DNA of 64,000 bases, from the NCBI GenBank assembly GCA_039814715.1, contig JBCCAR010000001.1, positions 11,692 through 75,691 of the forward strand, written 5' to 3'. The stretch comes from Pseudomonadota bacterium (GTDB lineage Bacteria > Pseudomonadota > Alphaproteobacteria > Sphingomonadales > CAKZYD01). The notes beneath the pieces are model-generated. The model was not told the origin of the DNA, made no database searches, and saw nothing but the letters and a program-made list of their open reading frames with translations. Shown here one piece after another: positions 45,655 to 55,210 of this stretch. The first letter of the stretch is position 1; the number at the start of each line of letters is the position of its first letter. A program made the translations under genes and the position numbers.

Positions 45655-46452
45655 ATGACCCGACGCAGACAGATTTACGAAGGCAAAGCAAAAATCCTGT
45701 ACGAAGGGCCTGAACCTGGCACCTTAATCCAATACTTCAAAGATGATGCGACGGCCTTCAATGCTGAGAAGAAGGCGACGTTGCTTGGCAAAGGCGTTTT
45801 AAACAATCGCATCAGTGAATATATTTTCACCTCACTGACCCAGCTGAATATTCCGCACCACTTCATAAAGCGTCTCAACCGCCGCGAACAACTTATTCAC
45901 GGCGTTGAGATAATCCCACTAGAGATTGTTGTGCGAAACATCGCAGCCGGGTCCATCGCGAAACGCCTGAGCCTAGAAGAAGGCACCCCACTGGGCCGGA
46001 CCATCGTTGAGACGTATTACAAGGACGATGCCTTGGGCGACCCGCTGGTCACAGAAGAACATATCGCCTGCTTCGGCTGGGCCGGGCCTGAAGAGCTTGA
46101 AGATATGACAGGCATGGCGCTGCGCGTAAACGACTTCATGACCGGCTTGTTTACAGCAATTGGCATCCGCCTCGTCGATTTCAAACTCGAGTTCGGCCGC
46201 CACTATCATAATGATCAAATGCGGGTCATGCTGGCAGATGAAATCAGCCCAGATAACTGCCGCCTTTGGGACATTGCCACTGGCGAAAAACTAGACAAAG
46301 ACCGTTTCCGCCGCGACTTAGGCGGCGAGGTTGAAGCGTACCAAACCGTCGCGCGGCGCCTCGGCTTGATGGAAGATGATGATGACGAGCCTGCAAGCGC
46401 AGTCCTCGATCTTAATCAGCACCGCGCAAAAAAGAATAAGGATAGCGAATAA
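45655..46452 (+). CDS. purC: phosphoribosylaminoimidazole-succinocarboxamide (SAICAR) synthase
   Basis: [30 protein letters not shown]...[14 protein letters not shown]. Start at ATG 45655; the ORF-track extension is discarded. Confidence 0.95.
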   Translation: MTRRRQIYEGKAKILYEGPEPGTLIQYFKDDATAFNAEKKATLLGKGVLNNRISEYIFTSLTQLNIPHHFIKRLNRREQLIHGVEIIPLEIVVRNIAAGSIAKRLSLEEGTPLGRTIVETYYKDDALGDPLVTEEHIACFGWAGPEELEDMTGMALRVNDFMTGLFTAIGIRLVDFKLEFGRHYHNDQMRVMLADEISPDNCRLWDIATGEKLDKDRFRRDLGGEVEAYQTVARRLGLMEDDDDEPASAVLDLNQHRAKKNKDSE

Positions 46453-46692
46453 ATGCGAGCCACAGTTCATGTGACCTTGAAAAACGGCGTTCTTGACCCC
46501 CAAGGGCGGGCTATTGCTGGCGCTTTGACAGATTTGGGCTTTGCTGGCGTGGGCGATGTGCGCCAAGGCAAGGTTATTGAGCTTGAAATTGCAGAACAGC
46601 CTCCCAAAGAGGCACGCGCACAGGTCGAAGCAATGTGCAAAAAGCTTCTCGCCAATCCCGTCATCGAAAACTACAGCATCGATATCGCGTAG
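46453..46692 (+). CDS. purS: phosphoribosylformylglycinamidine synthase subunit PurS
   Basis: 79 aa: VHVTLKNGVLDPQGRAI..AL..LGF..V..VRQGKVIELE. Its ATG abuts the purC stop. Confidence 0.9.
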   Translation: MRATVHVTLKNGVLDPQGRAIAGALTDLGFAGVGDVRQGKVIELEIAEQPPKEARAQVEAMCKKLLANPVIENYSIDIA

Positions 46693-46695
46693 GTC

Positions 46696-47355
46696 ATGCA
46701 AAGCGCTGTTATCGTCTTTCCGGGCTCCAATTGCGACCGCGATCTCGCCGTTGCGTTAAAAGAAGCAACAGGCAAAGCCCCTGCCATGGTCTGGCATCAA
46801 GACCGCACTTTGCCGGATGTTGACCTCGTCGCTTTGCCGGGCGGGTTTTCCTACGGCGACTACCTGCGCGCTGGAGCTATGGCTGCGCGCGCACCCATTA
46901 TGCAAGCTGTGATTGACCACGCGACAAAGGGCGGCCTGGTGCTCGGAATTTGCAATGGATTTCAGCAGCTGACGGAGTGCGGATTGCTGCCAGGTGCATT
47001 GATGCGCAATGAGAACCTGAAATTCATTTGCAAGGACGTGGAGTTGCGGGTGGAGACCACATCATCGCCGCTGCTGTCCGGCCTTAAACGCAGCGCTAGC
47101 GTGCGCTACCCCATTGCCCACCATGACGGCAATTTCTTCGCGGATGAGGATACCTTAGACCAATTGGAAACGCAGGAGCGTATCGCGTTCACATACATCG
47201 ACAATCCCAACGGGTCAGCACGTCATATTGCTGGTATTTTAAGTGAAAAGAAAAACATTCTCGGCATGATGCCCCATCCGGAGCGGCTCATCCAAGATGA
47301 CTTAGGGGGGCGCGACGGAGCAGACTTTTTTGCGCAATTGATCGATGCAATATGA
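46696..47355 (+). CDS. purQ: phosphoribosylformylglycinamidine synthase glutaminase subunit PurQ
   Basis: [12 protein letters not shown], the active-site Cys in GICNGFQ, and MPHPER. Confidence 0.95.
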   Translation: MQSAVIVFPGSNCDRDLAVALKEATGKAPAMVWHQDRTLPDVDLVALPGGFSYGDYLRAGAMAARAPIMQAVIDHATKGGLVLGICNGFQQLTECGLLPGALMRNENLKFICKDVELRVETTSSPLLSGLKRSASVRYPIAHHDGNFFADEDTLDQLETQERIAFTYIDNPNGSARHIAGILSEKKNILGMMPHPERLIQDDLGGRDGADFFAQLIDAI

Positions 47356-48326
47356 CACATGTCTTTCTGATTGGCAGCGGGCGGTCCGGTACGTCATTCA
47401 TTCAACGCATCTTTGATGCCCACCGCGACACATTTTGTCTGCATGAACCCGATATAAGGCTGCGAACCAACGATCCCAGCTATTATCCCGACCCCGACAT
47501 ATTCGCGCAAAAGTCTGACATCGTTCGCGGCTATGTGGACAAGCTTAAAGCGCATCACATCCTAAGAGCGGTTCAGAAGCGACCTGCATTTTCCAAGTCC
47601 TACCGAGAGCCACTTGCACACACCCTGCGCGAGGCCTTAATCTCCGCCATGATCGCCGCTGAGCAAACGATTGGAAAATTTGTGTCCGTCGGCGATTGGT
47701 CGGTGCCTGATATGGTGCAGACGCCGCCAGCGCATATCGTCATGAAGTCGGTCAGTATGGTGGGGCGCATTCCTATCATTGCAGATGCCTGCGCGCATAT
47801 GAAAGTGGTGCACATCATGCGCCATCCTTGCGCGGTTGCCGCATCCCGCCAGCGCGGGATTGCCTTGGGAAAAATGCCGCGTATCCATATTTTTGACGAC
47901 CAGCTCGACTTGCCCATGGCCCGCGAGCATAGCCTGACGCGGGCAAAGGTCGATGCAATGGACGATTGGGAGCGCGCGGCCTGGCAGTGGGTGATCGTCA
48001 ATGATTTTGCGATGACCCACAGCGAAGGCCGGGCCAATGTGCGTCCTCTGCTCTACGATAAGCTTTGCGACGATGTCTTTGGCGAAAGCGCTGCACTGTT
48101 AGAGTGGTGCGGCATGGCGCTCGATCCGCAAGTCGAAGACTATCTCAAAACAGTGATGGCAACGCAAAAAGACAGCAACCGGTACCATGGCCTCATACGC
48201 AACCCCAGTATCGCAGCAAACAAATGGCGCGATACTGTAGCAAAGGACGACGCTGCTAAGGTTATGGACATCGTCACCCTCTCGAAAGCAGGCGGTTGTT
48301 TCGCCGAGTGGGACCGTGAGCGATAG
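47352..48326 (+). CDS. sulfotransferase family protein
   Basis: 5'-PSB-like loop [12 protein letters not shown] and 3'-PB-like [11 protein letters not shown]. The ATG overlaps the purQ stop (ATGA). Confidence 0.8.
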   Translation: MTHVFLIGSGRSGTSFIQRIFDAHRDTFCLHEPDIRLRTNDPSYYPDPDIFAQKSDIVRGYVDKLKAHHILRAVQKRPAFSKSYREPLAHTLREALISAMIAAEQTIGKFVSVGDWSVPDMVQTPPAHIVMKSVSMVGRIPIIADACAHMKVVHIMRHPCAVAASRQRGIALGKMPRIHIFDDQLDLPMAREHSLTRAKVDAMDDWERAAWQWVIVNDFAMTHSEGRANVRPLLYDKLCDDVFGESAALLEWCGMALDPQVEDYLKTVMATQKDSNRYHGLIRNPSIAANKWRDTVAKDDAAKVMDIVTLSKAGGCFAEWDRER

Positions 48327-49209
48327 CGCTGGCCGCGCGGTCAATACGTCGGCATTTCCGCCGCGATTAATCATCATTGGCGCGCAAAAAGCAGGCACGA
48401 CGACCCTCGCGCACCTTTTGGCCACGCACCCCGACATCGCCATGGGCGCGGTGAAGGAGGTTGATTTCTACACGCGGTTTTGGACCAAGGGATGGGACTG
48501 GTACCGTGCGCAGTATGAAGGCGTTTGCGCCAAATGGTTGATTGATGCATCTCCCGCCTATGCAGGCGGCTATGATGATCCAGCTACCGGTCAGCTCTTT
48601 GACGTGCCCGGACGCATCAACGAGCACGCCGCGGGCGCGCATGTATTCTACATCTTAAGGTGCCCTGTGCGCCGCGCCTATTCTTCCTATTGGCACGGCG
48701 TGCGCTATAACGGCGAAACGCAGCCGCTGCGGCAGGCAATAAGCCCGATCAGTCATTATGCACGGCAAAGCCTTTACGCAGATCAGCTAAAGTTCTTTGA
48801 AGATACCCTGGGCGCTGGACAGGTCCAACTCCTACTATTCGACGATCTCAAGTCTGACCCCCAAAAGCTCGTAGAGGGTGTTTTCAGCCAGATCGGCGCT
48901 GCGGCGCACAGCCTGCCTGCACAGGAAGAAGACAGTAAAAAGAACGCCGGGTTTCAATATTCTGGCCCAGCCAAAGCTCTCATGAAACTCTTCCCATCAG
49001 AAGCGGCCTTTCGCGATACCCTGGATGGTATCCGCCGCTTGGCGCCAGACAGCGCCATATCATTAGCAAAGCGTGCTCTGACAAAAAATATCCCGCCACT
49101 GTCTGATGAAGATGCGCAATGGCTCGCCGCCATGTTCGAGGCGTCCACTGCCAAAATCGAGCAACGCTTAGGCAGGCCGCTAAATTCGTGGATAAGACCA
49201 AATCTCTAG
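48316..49209 (+). CDS. sulfotransferase domain protein
   Basis: LIIIGAQKAGTTTLAHLL (PAPS 5'-phosphosulfate loop) and ILRCPVRRAYSSYWH (3'-phosphate motif RxPxxRxxS). The GTG start overlaps the upstream gene by 11 nt. Confidence 0.8.
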   Translation: MSDSAGRAVNTSAFPPRLIIIGAQKAGTTTLAHLLATHPDIAMGAVKEVDFYTRFWTKGWDWYRAQYEGVCAKWLIDASPAYAGGYDDPATGQLFDVPGRINEHAAGAHVFYILRCPVRRAYSSYWHGVRYNGETQPLRQAISPISHYARQSLYADQLKFFEDTLGAGQVQLLLFDDLKSDPQKLVEGVFSQIGAAAHSLPAQEEDSKKNAGFQYSGPAKALMKLFPSEAAFRDTLDGIRRLAPDSAISLAKRALTKNIPPLSDEDAQWLAAMFEASTAKIEQRLGRPLNSWIRPNL

Positions 49210-49285
49210 CGCTGCGATCTGGTCAAGCAAGCATAAAGGCGCTAGAGCCTCTGGTACCTAATCGCTATTGATCAAGTCCCTCTCT

Positions 49286-51469
49286 ATGCCAGACGCGCAC
49301 ACGCAGCAAACCATCCAAGAACACGGCCTCACGCTAGAAGAATATGACCGGATTTGCAGCGCCTTGGAGCGCGAGCCCAACCTGCTTGAGCTCGGCATCT
49401 ATTCAGTGATGTGGTCCGAACATTGTTCGTACAAGTCCAGCCGCTTGCACTTAAAGACACTGCCCACGAAGGCACCGTGGGTCATCCAAGGGCCCGGCGA
49501 AAATGCAGGTGTCGTCGATATTGGCGACGGCCAAGCCGCCATCTTCAAAATGGAAAGCCACAACCACCCCAGCTTTATAGAGCCCTATGAAGGGGCCGCA
49601 ACCGGGGTTGGCGGCATCATGCGCGACGTTTTTACCATGGGTGCGCGCCCCATTGCCAACATGAATGCGCTTCGATTTGGCGAACCTGACCATCCCAAAA
49701 CCAGGCATTTAGTCGCGGGCGTTGTTGCTGGCATAGGCGGATATGGGAACTGTGTCGGCGTGCCAACGGTCGGCGGCGAGACGAATTTCCACCCGCGCTA
49801 CAATGGCAACATACTCGTCAACGCAATGTGCGTCGGGCTCGCAGACCAAGACAAGATTTTTTATTCGGCTGCTGCCGGCATCGGCAATCCGGTCGTTTAT
49901 GTGGGATCAAAAACAGGCAGGGACGGTATTCACGGTGCCACCATGGCGTCCGCTGAATTCTCTGAAGATGCAGAAGAAAAACGCCCCACCGTGCAGGTCG
50001 GCGATCCATTTACCGAAAAACTGCTCATCGAAGCGTGCTTAGAGCTGATGGCCTCTGATGCCATCGTCGCTATTCAGGATATGGGCGCTGCTGGTCTCAC
50101 ATCATCCTCCGTTGAAATGGCCTCAAAAGGCGGCGTTGGGATCGAGCTCAACCTGTCTGCGGTTCCTTGCCGCGAAGACGGCATGGTGCCCTATGAGATG
50201 ATGTTGTCAGAAAGCCAGGAGCGCATGCTCATGGTGCTGAAACCCGGGCGCGAGGACTTTGCCAAAGCAATCTTTGACAAGTGGCACCTCGATTTCGCCG
50301 TCATCGGCCGTATCACAGACACAGGCCGCATGGCGCTGACATTTGAAGGTAAAACGGTCGCTGATATGCCGCTTGGCAGCTTAGCTGATGATGCACCAAT
50401 GTACGACAGGCCGCACACGCCGCCCCCGACAAGGCTAGCGATCAACGCGGAAGATGTAGCCCCGCCCTGCTCTATCGGCGATGCCTTAAAGACCTTGATG
50501 GGCAGTCCAGATATCGCTTCACGGCGCTGGATTTGGGAACAATATGATCACATGGTCATGGCCGATACGATTGGCCGCCCCGGCGGTGATGCCGCGATCG
50601 TGCGCATTCACGGCACCGACAAAGCGCTTGCGGTTACTACGGATGTGACCCCGCGCTACTGCGAAGCCGATGCGAATGAAGGCGGGAAACAAGCCGTCGC
50701 CGAATGCTGGCGTAATTTAACAGCGGTCGGCGCGCAGCCTTTAGCCATCACCGATTGCCTGAATTTCGGCAACCCTGAACGCCCAGACATCATGGGGACA
50801 TTTGTGGCCGCTATTGAGGGTATGGGCGAGGCCTGCCGCGCGCTGGATTTCCCGGTCGTGTCTGGTAATGTATCCCTCTACAATGAAACCAACGGGCAAG
50901 CGATTTTGCCAACACCAGCGGTCGGCGCAATTGGCCTGATCGCAAATGCAAGCAAGCGCGCACATATCGCGCTTGATCCTGACCTCGATATTGTTGTGCT
51001 TGGGCCGCAAGGGAGCCATCTAGGCGCAAGCTTATATTTGCGCGAGCTGTGTCAGCGCGAAGACGGGACGCCGCCGCCTGTTGATTTAACGCAGGAACGC
51101 AAAACCGGGGATTTCGTGCGCCAACACATCGAAAAGACAATGCGCATCGTGCATGACGTATCGGACGGCGGCTTGCTGGTTGCGCTAACAGAAATGGCGA
51201 TGGCTGGCAACTGCGGTATAGACCTGAGCGCAGCGCAGGATGGTCAAAGTCCGCACGCATTCTGGTTTGGGGAAGATCAAGGCCGCTATGTTCTCGCATG
51301 TGAGAACGGCCAAGACTTGGCGAAAGAAGCCGAAAGCGCGGGCCTTGAAGCGCTGGTTATAGGACGATCAACACGCGCGGCAGAATTGAAACTGCCCGGC
51401 GGAGAGACCATATTGGTGAAAGAGCTTAAACACCTGCATGAAAGCTGGCTGCCAGCGCTTATGCAATAA
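49286..51469 (+). CDS. purL: phosphoribosylformylglycinamidine synthase subunit PurL
   Basis: [12 protein letters not shown]...[25 protein letters not shown], and [15 protein letters not shown]. Start at ATG 49286. Confidence 0.95.
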   Translation: MPDAHTQQTIQEHGLTLEEYDRICSALEREPNLLELGIYSVMWSEHCSYKSSRLHLKTLPTKAPWVIQGPGENAGVVDIGDGQAAIFKMESHNHPSFIEPYEGAATGVGGIMRDVFTMGARPIANMNALRFGEPDHPKTRHLVAGVVAGIGGYGNCVGVPTVGGETNFHPRYNGNILVNAMCVGLADQDKIFYSAAAGIGNPVVYVGSKTGRDGIHGATMASAEFSEDAEEKRPTVQVGDPFTEKLLIEACLELMASDAIVAIQDMGAAGLTSSSVEMASKGGVGIELNLSAVPCREDGMVPYEMMLSESQERMLMVLKPGREDFAKAIFDKWHLDFAVIGRITDTGRMALTFEGKTVADMPLGSLADDAPMYDRPHTPPPTRLAINAEDVAPPCSIGDALKTLMGSPDIASRRWIWEQYDHMVMADTIGRPGGDAAIVRIHGTDKALAVTTDVTPRYCEADANEGGKQAVAECWRNLTAVGAQPLAITDCLNFGNPERPDIMGTFVAAIEGMGEACRALDFPVVSGNVSLYNETNGQAILPTPAVGAIGLIANASKRAHIALDPDLDIVVLGPQGSHLGASLYLRELCQREDGTPPPVDLTQERKTGDFVRQHIEKTMRIVHDVSDGGLLVALTEMAMAGNCGIDLSAAQDGQSPHAFWFGEDQGRYVLACENGQDLAKEAESAGLEALVIGRSTRAAELKLPGGETILVKELKHLHESWLPALMQ

Positions 51470-51497
51470 GTCGCGGCAAAACAGGAGGACCGGCCCA

Positions 51498-51731
51498 ATG
51501 CCCATGTCTGCTCAAGATATTGAAGCGTTTATCAAAGACGCCTTGCCAGATGCGCAAGTGACCATCGAGGACTTACGCGGTGATGGCGATCACTACGCTG
51601 CGCATGTCATTTCCAAGGAATTTGAAGGCCTAAGCCGCGTGAAACAGCATCAACTCGTTTATGCAGCACTAAAAGGCCGAATGGGCGGTGAACTCCATGC
51701 TTTGGCGCTGCAAACATCGCCGCCCGCGTAA
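51498..51731 (+). CDS. bolA: BolA family protein
   Basis: 77 aa: GDGDHYAAHVIS.EFEG.SRVKQHQLVY.AL. AGGAGGA Shine-Dalgarno lies 8 nt upstream of ATG 51498. Sits upstream of grxD, a known partner pair. Confidence 0.85.
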   Translation: MPMSAQDIEAFIKDALPDAQVTIEDLRGDGDHYAAHVISKEFEGLSRVKQHQLVYAALKGRMGGELHALALQTSPPA

Positions 51732-51839
51732 TCACATCTTGTATGTTGATAAAGTTGGTCTATCGCATACATAGGAAATCAACATTTGCAGGCAGATGTC
51801 GCTCACGGCACACTGGGTTGCAATAATAGGAGATAATAT

Positions 51840-52169
51840 ATGTCCAATCCAACCCATGAGCGCATCCAATCTACCGTCGATGGATCAGACGTGGTGCTCT
51901 TTATGAAAGGCACCCCAATGTTTCCGCAATGCGGGTTTTCAGCCACTGTTGTAGAGGTCCTAAACCGGACAGGCGTGAAATTTGATGCCCACGACGTCTT
52001 ACAAGACGCAGACCTACGCCAAGGCATTAAAGAGTTTTCTGACTGGCCAACCATTCCGCAGCTCTATGTCAAAGGCGAATTCGTCGGCGGCTGTGATATT
52101 ATCCGCGAGATGTATTCCAGTGGCGAGCTAACGGACCTTATGGAAGAAAAAGGTGTTGTCGCGGCATAG
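51840..52169 (+). CDS. grxD: monothiol glutaredoxin (Grx4 family)
   Basis: VVLFMKGTPMFPQCGFS active site, then WPTIPQLYVKGEFVGGCDI. AGGAGA Shine-Dalgarno. Confidence 0.9.
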   Translation: MSNPTHERIQSTVDGSDVVLFMKGTPMFPQCGFSATVVEVLNRTGVKFDAHDVLQDADLRQGIKEFSDWPTIPQLYVKGEFVGGCDIIREMYSSGELTDLMEEKGVVAA

Positions 52170-52189
52170 CGTGGCAACAAGCAATTTTG

Positions 52190-52230
52190 AAAAAAAAGGG
52201 CTGCATGATCTCGTGCGGCTCTTTTTGTTT
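52190..52230 (+). terminator. possible Rho-independent terminator after grxD
   Basis: A-run, then AGGGCTGCA / TGCGGCTCT stem (two G-U pairs), followed by ttttgttt. Confidence 0.4.
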
Positions 52231-52259
52231 CTGCAGTCTCCCCTCTTAAGGCATAGCCA

Positions 52260-54374
52260 GTGACCCTAGTCCAATCAAAGCGCTCCCATGTAACACGCCG
52301 CTGGCTGTTAAAGGCCGCGCCGACTGCGGCCGCGGGTCTCATGCTTTATAGCTGCGCGCCTGAACTAGCGGCGCAGCAGGCCAGCAGACGCCTCAATCCT
52401 TTTGTGGAGTTCACGCCGGATGGCCGCGTTATTCTAACATGCCCGGAAGCCGAGATGGGCCAAGATGTGTTTACTGGACTTGCGAAAGTCTTAGCCGATG
52501 AGATTGGACTAGAATGGGTAAGCGTTGAGGTGGTGCGTGCGCCGCATCACAGCGACTTTTACAATCAATTCGGCGGCCAAACCACTGGTGGCAGCCGCAG
52601 CATGCGCACGTGGTATCAACCTTTTAGGGAGATGGGTGCACGGGTTCGTTTAGCGTTCCTCCAAGCCGCCGCCCAGCGCTGGGAAACAACAACCTCCGCT
52701 TTAAGCGTCGTCAATTCCAAAGTGATTGGCGGCCCAAGGGGTGCATCATATGCTCTCGCACAGTTATTGGCGGATGTGGCAACCAGCGACATGCCAGCCC
52801 AGGCCCCATTAAAAACAAATGCGCAGCTCACGCTTATTAGCCGCAATCTTCAGCGAAAAGATATTCCTCAGAAAGTCACGGGCGCGGCACACTACGGCGC
52901 CGATGTGCGCTTGCCGGGCATGCTCCATGCAGCTGTGAAACTCATCCCGGAACAGATGGGAGACGCAAGCGTTAGCAATCTTAGCGATGCTAAAGCGATG
53001 AGCGGCGTTTTAGGTGTCCAGCAGTTCGGCAATGCCGTAGCGGTTACTGGCAAAACCTGGTGGGCAGCAAACCGCGCTGTACGGCGTTTGAAATTGCAGC
53101 CAACCAATCCTTCCTCTGCGAGCACCATTGATGATGTTGAGGTTGATAACGTCCTCAGCGATGCGATCAACAGCATCTATACGCCGCTTTCTGCTGACAC
53201 ACTTGGCGCAAAGACGATTAAGGCAACTTACTCAGCCCCGTTCCTCTCCCATATGTGTATGGAGACGATGACGGCAACGGCGTGGGTCTCTGATGACGCT
53301 GCGAAAATCTGGGTCTCAACCCAAGCGCCCTCGCGGTTTGCGCAGCGCGTTGCAACGCTCCTAGCCATCGACGTCGAGCAAGTGACCTTGGAGAACGCCT
53401 TTTTAGGGGGTGGGTTCGGGCGAAAAGGCACTGACATGCAAGCCTTGGATCTTGCGGTACACTTATCCAAGAGCGCCAATGCGCCCGTGCAAGTGATGAT
53501 GGACCGCCCGGCAGATATTCTGTCCGATCAATTTAGGCCTGCGGCAAAATTCGCTCTATCTGCGGCTATGTCTAAGGACAATACGATTGCCGAAGTCAAA
53601 ACAGCATCGGCAATGCAATCCATTGCCAAAGCACGGCTCCCGCAGTTTTACAAAAAAGGTCGTCCTGAATTTCCTGAGCAGGGCATTTTTCCTTATTCAG
53701 CTGAGAAAAGTGACCACCGCTGGCAAGAAGTTGACCTGCCGGTCTCCATCGGCTTTTGGCGCAGCGTGAATGGAACCCATTTCCCCTTTGCAGGAGAGAG
53801 CTTTGCTGATGAACTTGCGCATCTCGCTGGGGAAGACCCCCTCGTCTTCCGTTTAAGCAAACTAGGCAATCATCCACGCCTGCGCGCCGTGCTAGAGCGC
53901 GCTGCAAGCATGGCCGATTGGCAGCGAGAACGCCGGCAGGGCACAGGACTGGGGATAGGCCTCTATGAAGAATGGGGCAGTGCCTCAGCGCAAATTGCCG
54001 AGGTCAGCGTTTCTGATGGAAAACTGCAGGTGAACAAAGTGTGGATTGCAATTGATTGCGGCCAAGTCATTGCGCCAGACACCGTACGCGCGCAGGCGGT
54101 CAGCGGCGTTCATTGCGGCCTAAGCGCAGCGCTATTTGGCAGAATCACATTGGTTGATGGCCAAGCGGTCGAGGCCAATTTCGATGACTACCGGGTCATG
54201 GATATGCAGCGCTCTCCGCAAGTCGAGGCCGCGCTCATGGACTCAGATCTGCCACCCGGCGGTGTAGGAGAGATCGGCACGCCTGGAACAGCGCCCGCTA
54301 TCGCCAACGCAATCTTCGCTGCCAGTGGCCAGCGGATCAGGTCACTTCCGCTTAGTCAATCACTGAGCGTATAA
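52260..54374 (+). CDS. molybdopterin-binding oxidoreductase subunit, xanthine dehydrogenase family (IorB / aldehyde oxidase beta-like), Tat-exported
   Basis: Twin-arginine signal VTRRWLLKAAPTAAAGL. Also contains IPQKVTGAAHYGADV, FLSHMCMETMTATA and FLGGGFGRKG. GTG start. No adjacent 2Fe-2S subunit gene. Confidence 0.85.
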   Translation: MTLVQSKRSHVTRRWLLKAAPTAAAGLMLYSCAPELAAQQASRRLNPFVEFTPDGRVILTCPEAEMGQDVFTGLAKVLADEIGLEWVSVEVVRAPHHSDFYNQFGGQTTGGSRSMRTWYQPFREMGARVRLAFLQAAAQRWETTTSALSVVNSKVIGGPRGASYALAQLLADVATSDMPAQAPLKTNAQLTLISRNLQRKDIPQKVTGAAHYGADVRLPGMLHAAVKLIPEQMGDASVSNLSDAKAMSGVLGVQQFGNAVAVTGKTWWAANRAVRRLKLQPTNPSSASTIDDVEVDNVLSDAINSIYTPLSADTLGAKTIKATYSAPFLSHMCMETMTATAWVSDDAAKIWVSTQAPSRFAQRVATLLAIDVEQVTLENAFLGGGFGRKGTDMQALDLAVHLSKSANAPVQVMMDRPADILSDQFRPAAKFALSAAMSKDNTIAEVKTASAMQSIAKARLPQFYKKGRPEFPEQGIFPYSAEKSDHRWQEVDLPVSIGFWRSVNGTHFPFAGESFADELAHLAGEDPLVFRLSKLGNHPRLRAVLERAASMADWQRERRQGTGLGIGLYEEWGSASAQIAEVSVSDGKLQVNKVWIAIDCGQVIAPDTVRAQAVSGVHCGLSAALFGRITLVDGQAVEANFDDYRVMDMQRSPQVEAALMDSDLPPGGVGEIGTPGTAPAIANAIFAASGQRIRSLPLSQSLSV

Positions 54375-54377
54375 GAC

Positions 54378-54416
54378 AAAAAAAGCCCCAACCGAAGAAG
54401 GGGCTTCTTTTAATTT
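54378..54416. terminator. bidirectional Rho-independent terminator between convergent iorB-like gene and rpsD
   Basis: A7 run, then AAGCCCC / GGGGCTT stem with a 10-nt loop, then cttttaattt. Confidence 0.7.
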
Positions 54417-54433
54417 CATCTGGCATCTTCGTC

Positions 54434-55051
54434 TTAGCGAGAATAAAACTCGACCACCAGATTTGGTTCCATACGGACCGGATACGGCACTTCGTCTAGA
54501 ACCGGGATACGCGTCAACTTGACCTGGGTTCCGTTGGCCCCGGTCTCGTAATATTCGGGCACTTCGCGTTCTGTCGAGACTTGTGCTTCCATAACCAAAG
54601 CCATTTGGCGGGATTTTTCTTTGATTTCCACAACATCACCCACTTGCACGCGGAAGCTGGGAATGTTTGTGCGCACACCGTTTACTTTAACATGGCCGTG
54701 GCTCACAAATTGACGCGCTGCAAACATGGTCGGCACCCACTTGGCGCGGTAAACAACCGCGTCTAAGCGCTGTTCGAGCAAGCCAATCAGGTTTTCAGAT
54801 GTATCGCCCGAACGCCGTGATGCTTCATCATACGTCCGGCGGAACTGCTTCTCGAGAATATTGCCGTAATACCCTTTCAGCTTTTGTTTTGCACGCAGCT
54901 GAATACCGAAATCAGAGAGTTTAGACTTGCGCCGCTGGCCGTGTTGACCGGGGCCGTAGTCACGAGTGTTAACGGGGCTTTTGGAGCGGCCCCAAATGTT
55001 TTCGCCCATGCGGCGATCGAGTTTATGCTTCGCGCGAATACGCTTGCTCAT
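54434..55051 (-). CDS. rpsD: 30S ribosomal protein S4
   Basis: [22 protein letters not shown]...[16 protein letters not shown]...[11 protein letters not shown]...GHVKVNG. Start at ATG 55051, preceded by AAGGAGG. Confidence 0.95.
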   Translation of the reverse strand: MSKRIRAKHKLDRRMGENIWGRSKSPVNTRDYGPGQHGQRRKSKLSDFGIQLRAKQKLKGYYGNILEKQFRRTYDEASRRSGDTSENLIGLLEQRLDAVVYRAKWVPTMFAARQFVSHGHVKVNGVRTNIPSFRVQVGDVVEIKEKSRQMALVMEAQVSTEREVPEYYETGANGTQVKLTRIPVLDEVPYPVRMEPNLVVEFYSR

Positions 55052-55168
55052 AGCGAGCCTCCTTAACTGCGTGTCGTCTGTCTTGCCGAGGTTCGCACCA
55101 CCTAGCCTACTGGCTAGATGCGGGCACCGCTTCACTCGGCGTGCGGGCCCGTTAAACGTGAAGGCGCG

Positions 55169-55196
55169 GTTATACGATTGGCTGAAAGAATGTCAA
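55169..55196 (-). promoter_or_regulatory. candidate sigma70 promoter of rpsD
   Basis: On the minus strand: TTGACA (55196-55191), a 16-nt spacer, then TATAAC (55174-55169). This implies an approximately 110-nt leader before the rpsD ATG. Confidence 0.5.
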
Positions 55197-55210
55197 GCGA
55201 ATGGCGCCAT

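Noticed and set aside
51743-51785. ATGTTGAT ... ATCAACAT inverted repeat (with a competing TGTATG/CATACA pairing) between bolA and grxD as a terminator or iron-regulator site
   Set aside because: It is an AT-rich 8-bp stem with a 27-nt loop and no T-tract. It does not match the Fur, Irr or RirA consensus sequences I know, and cannot be distinguished from chance by eye.
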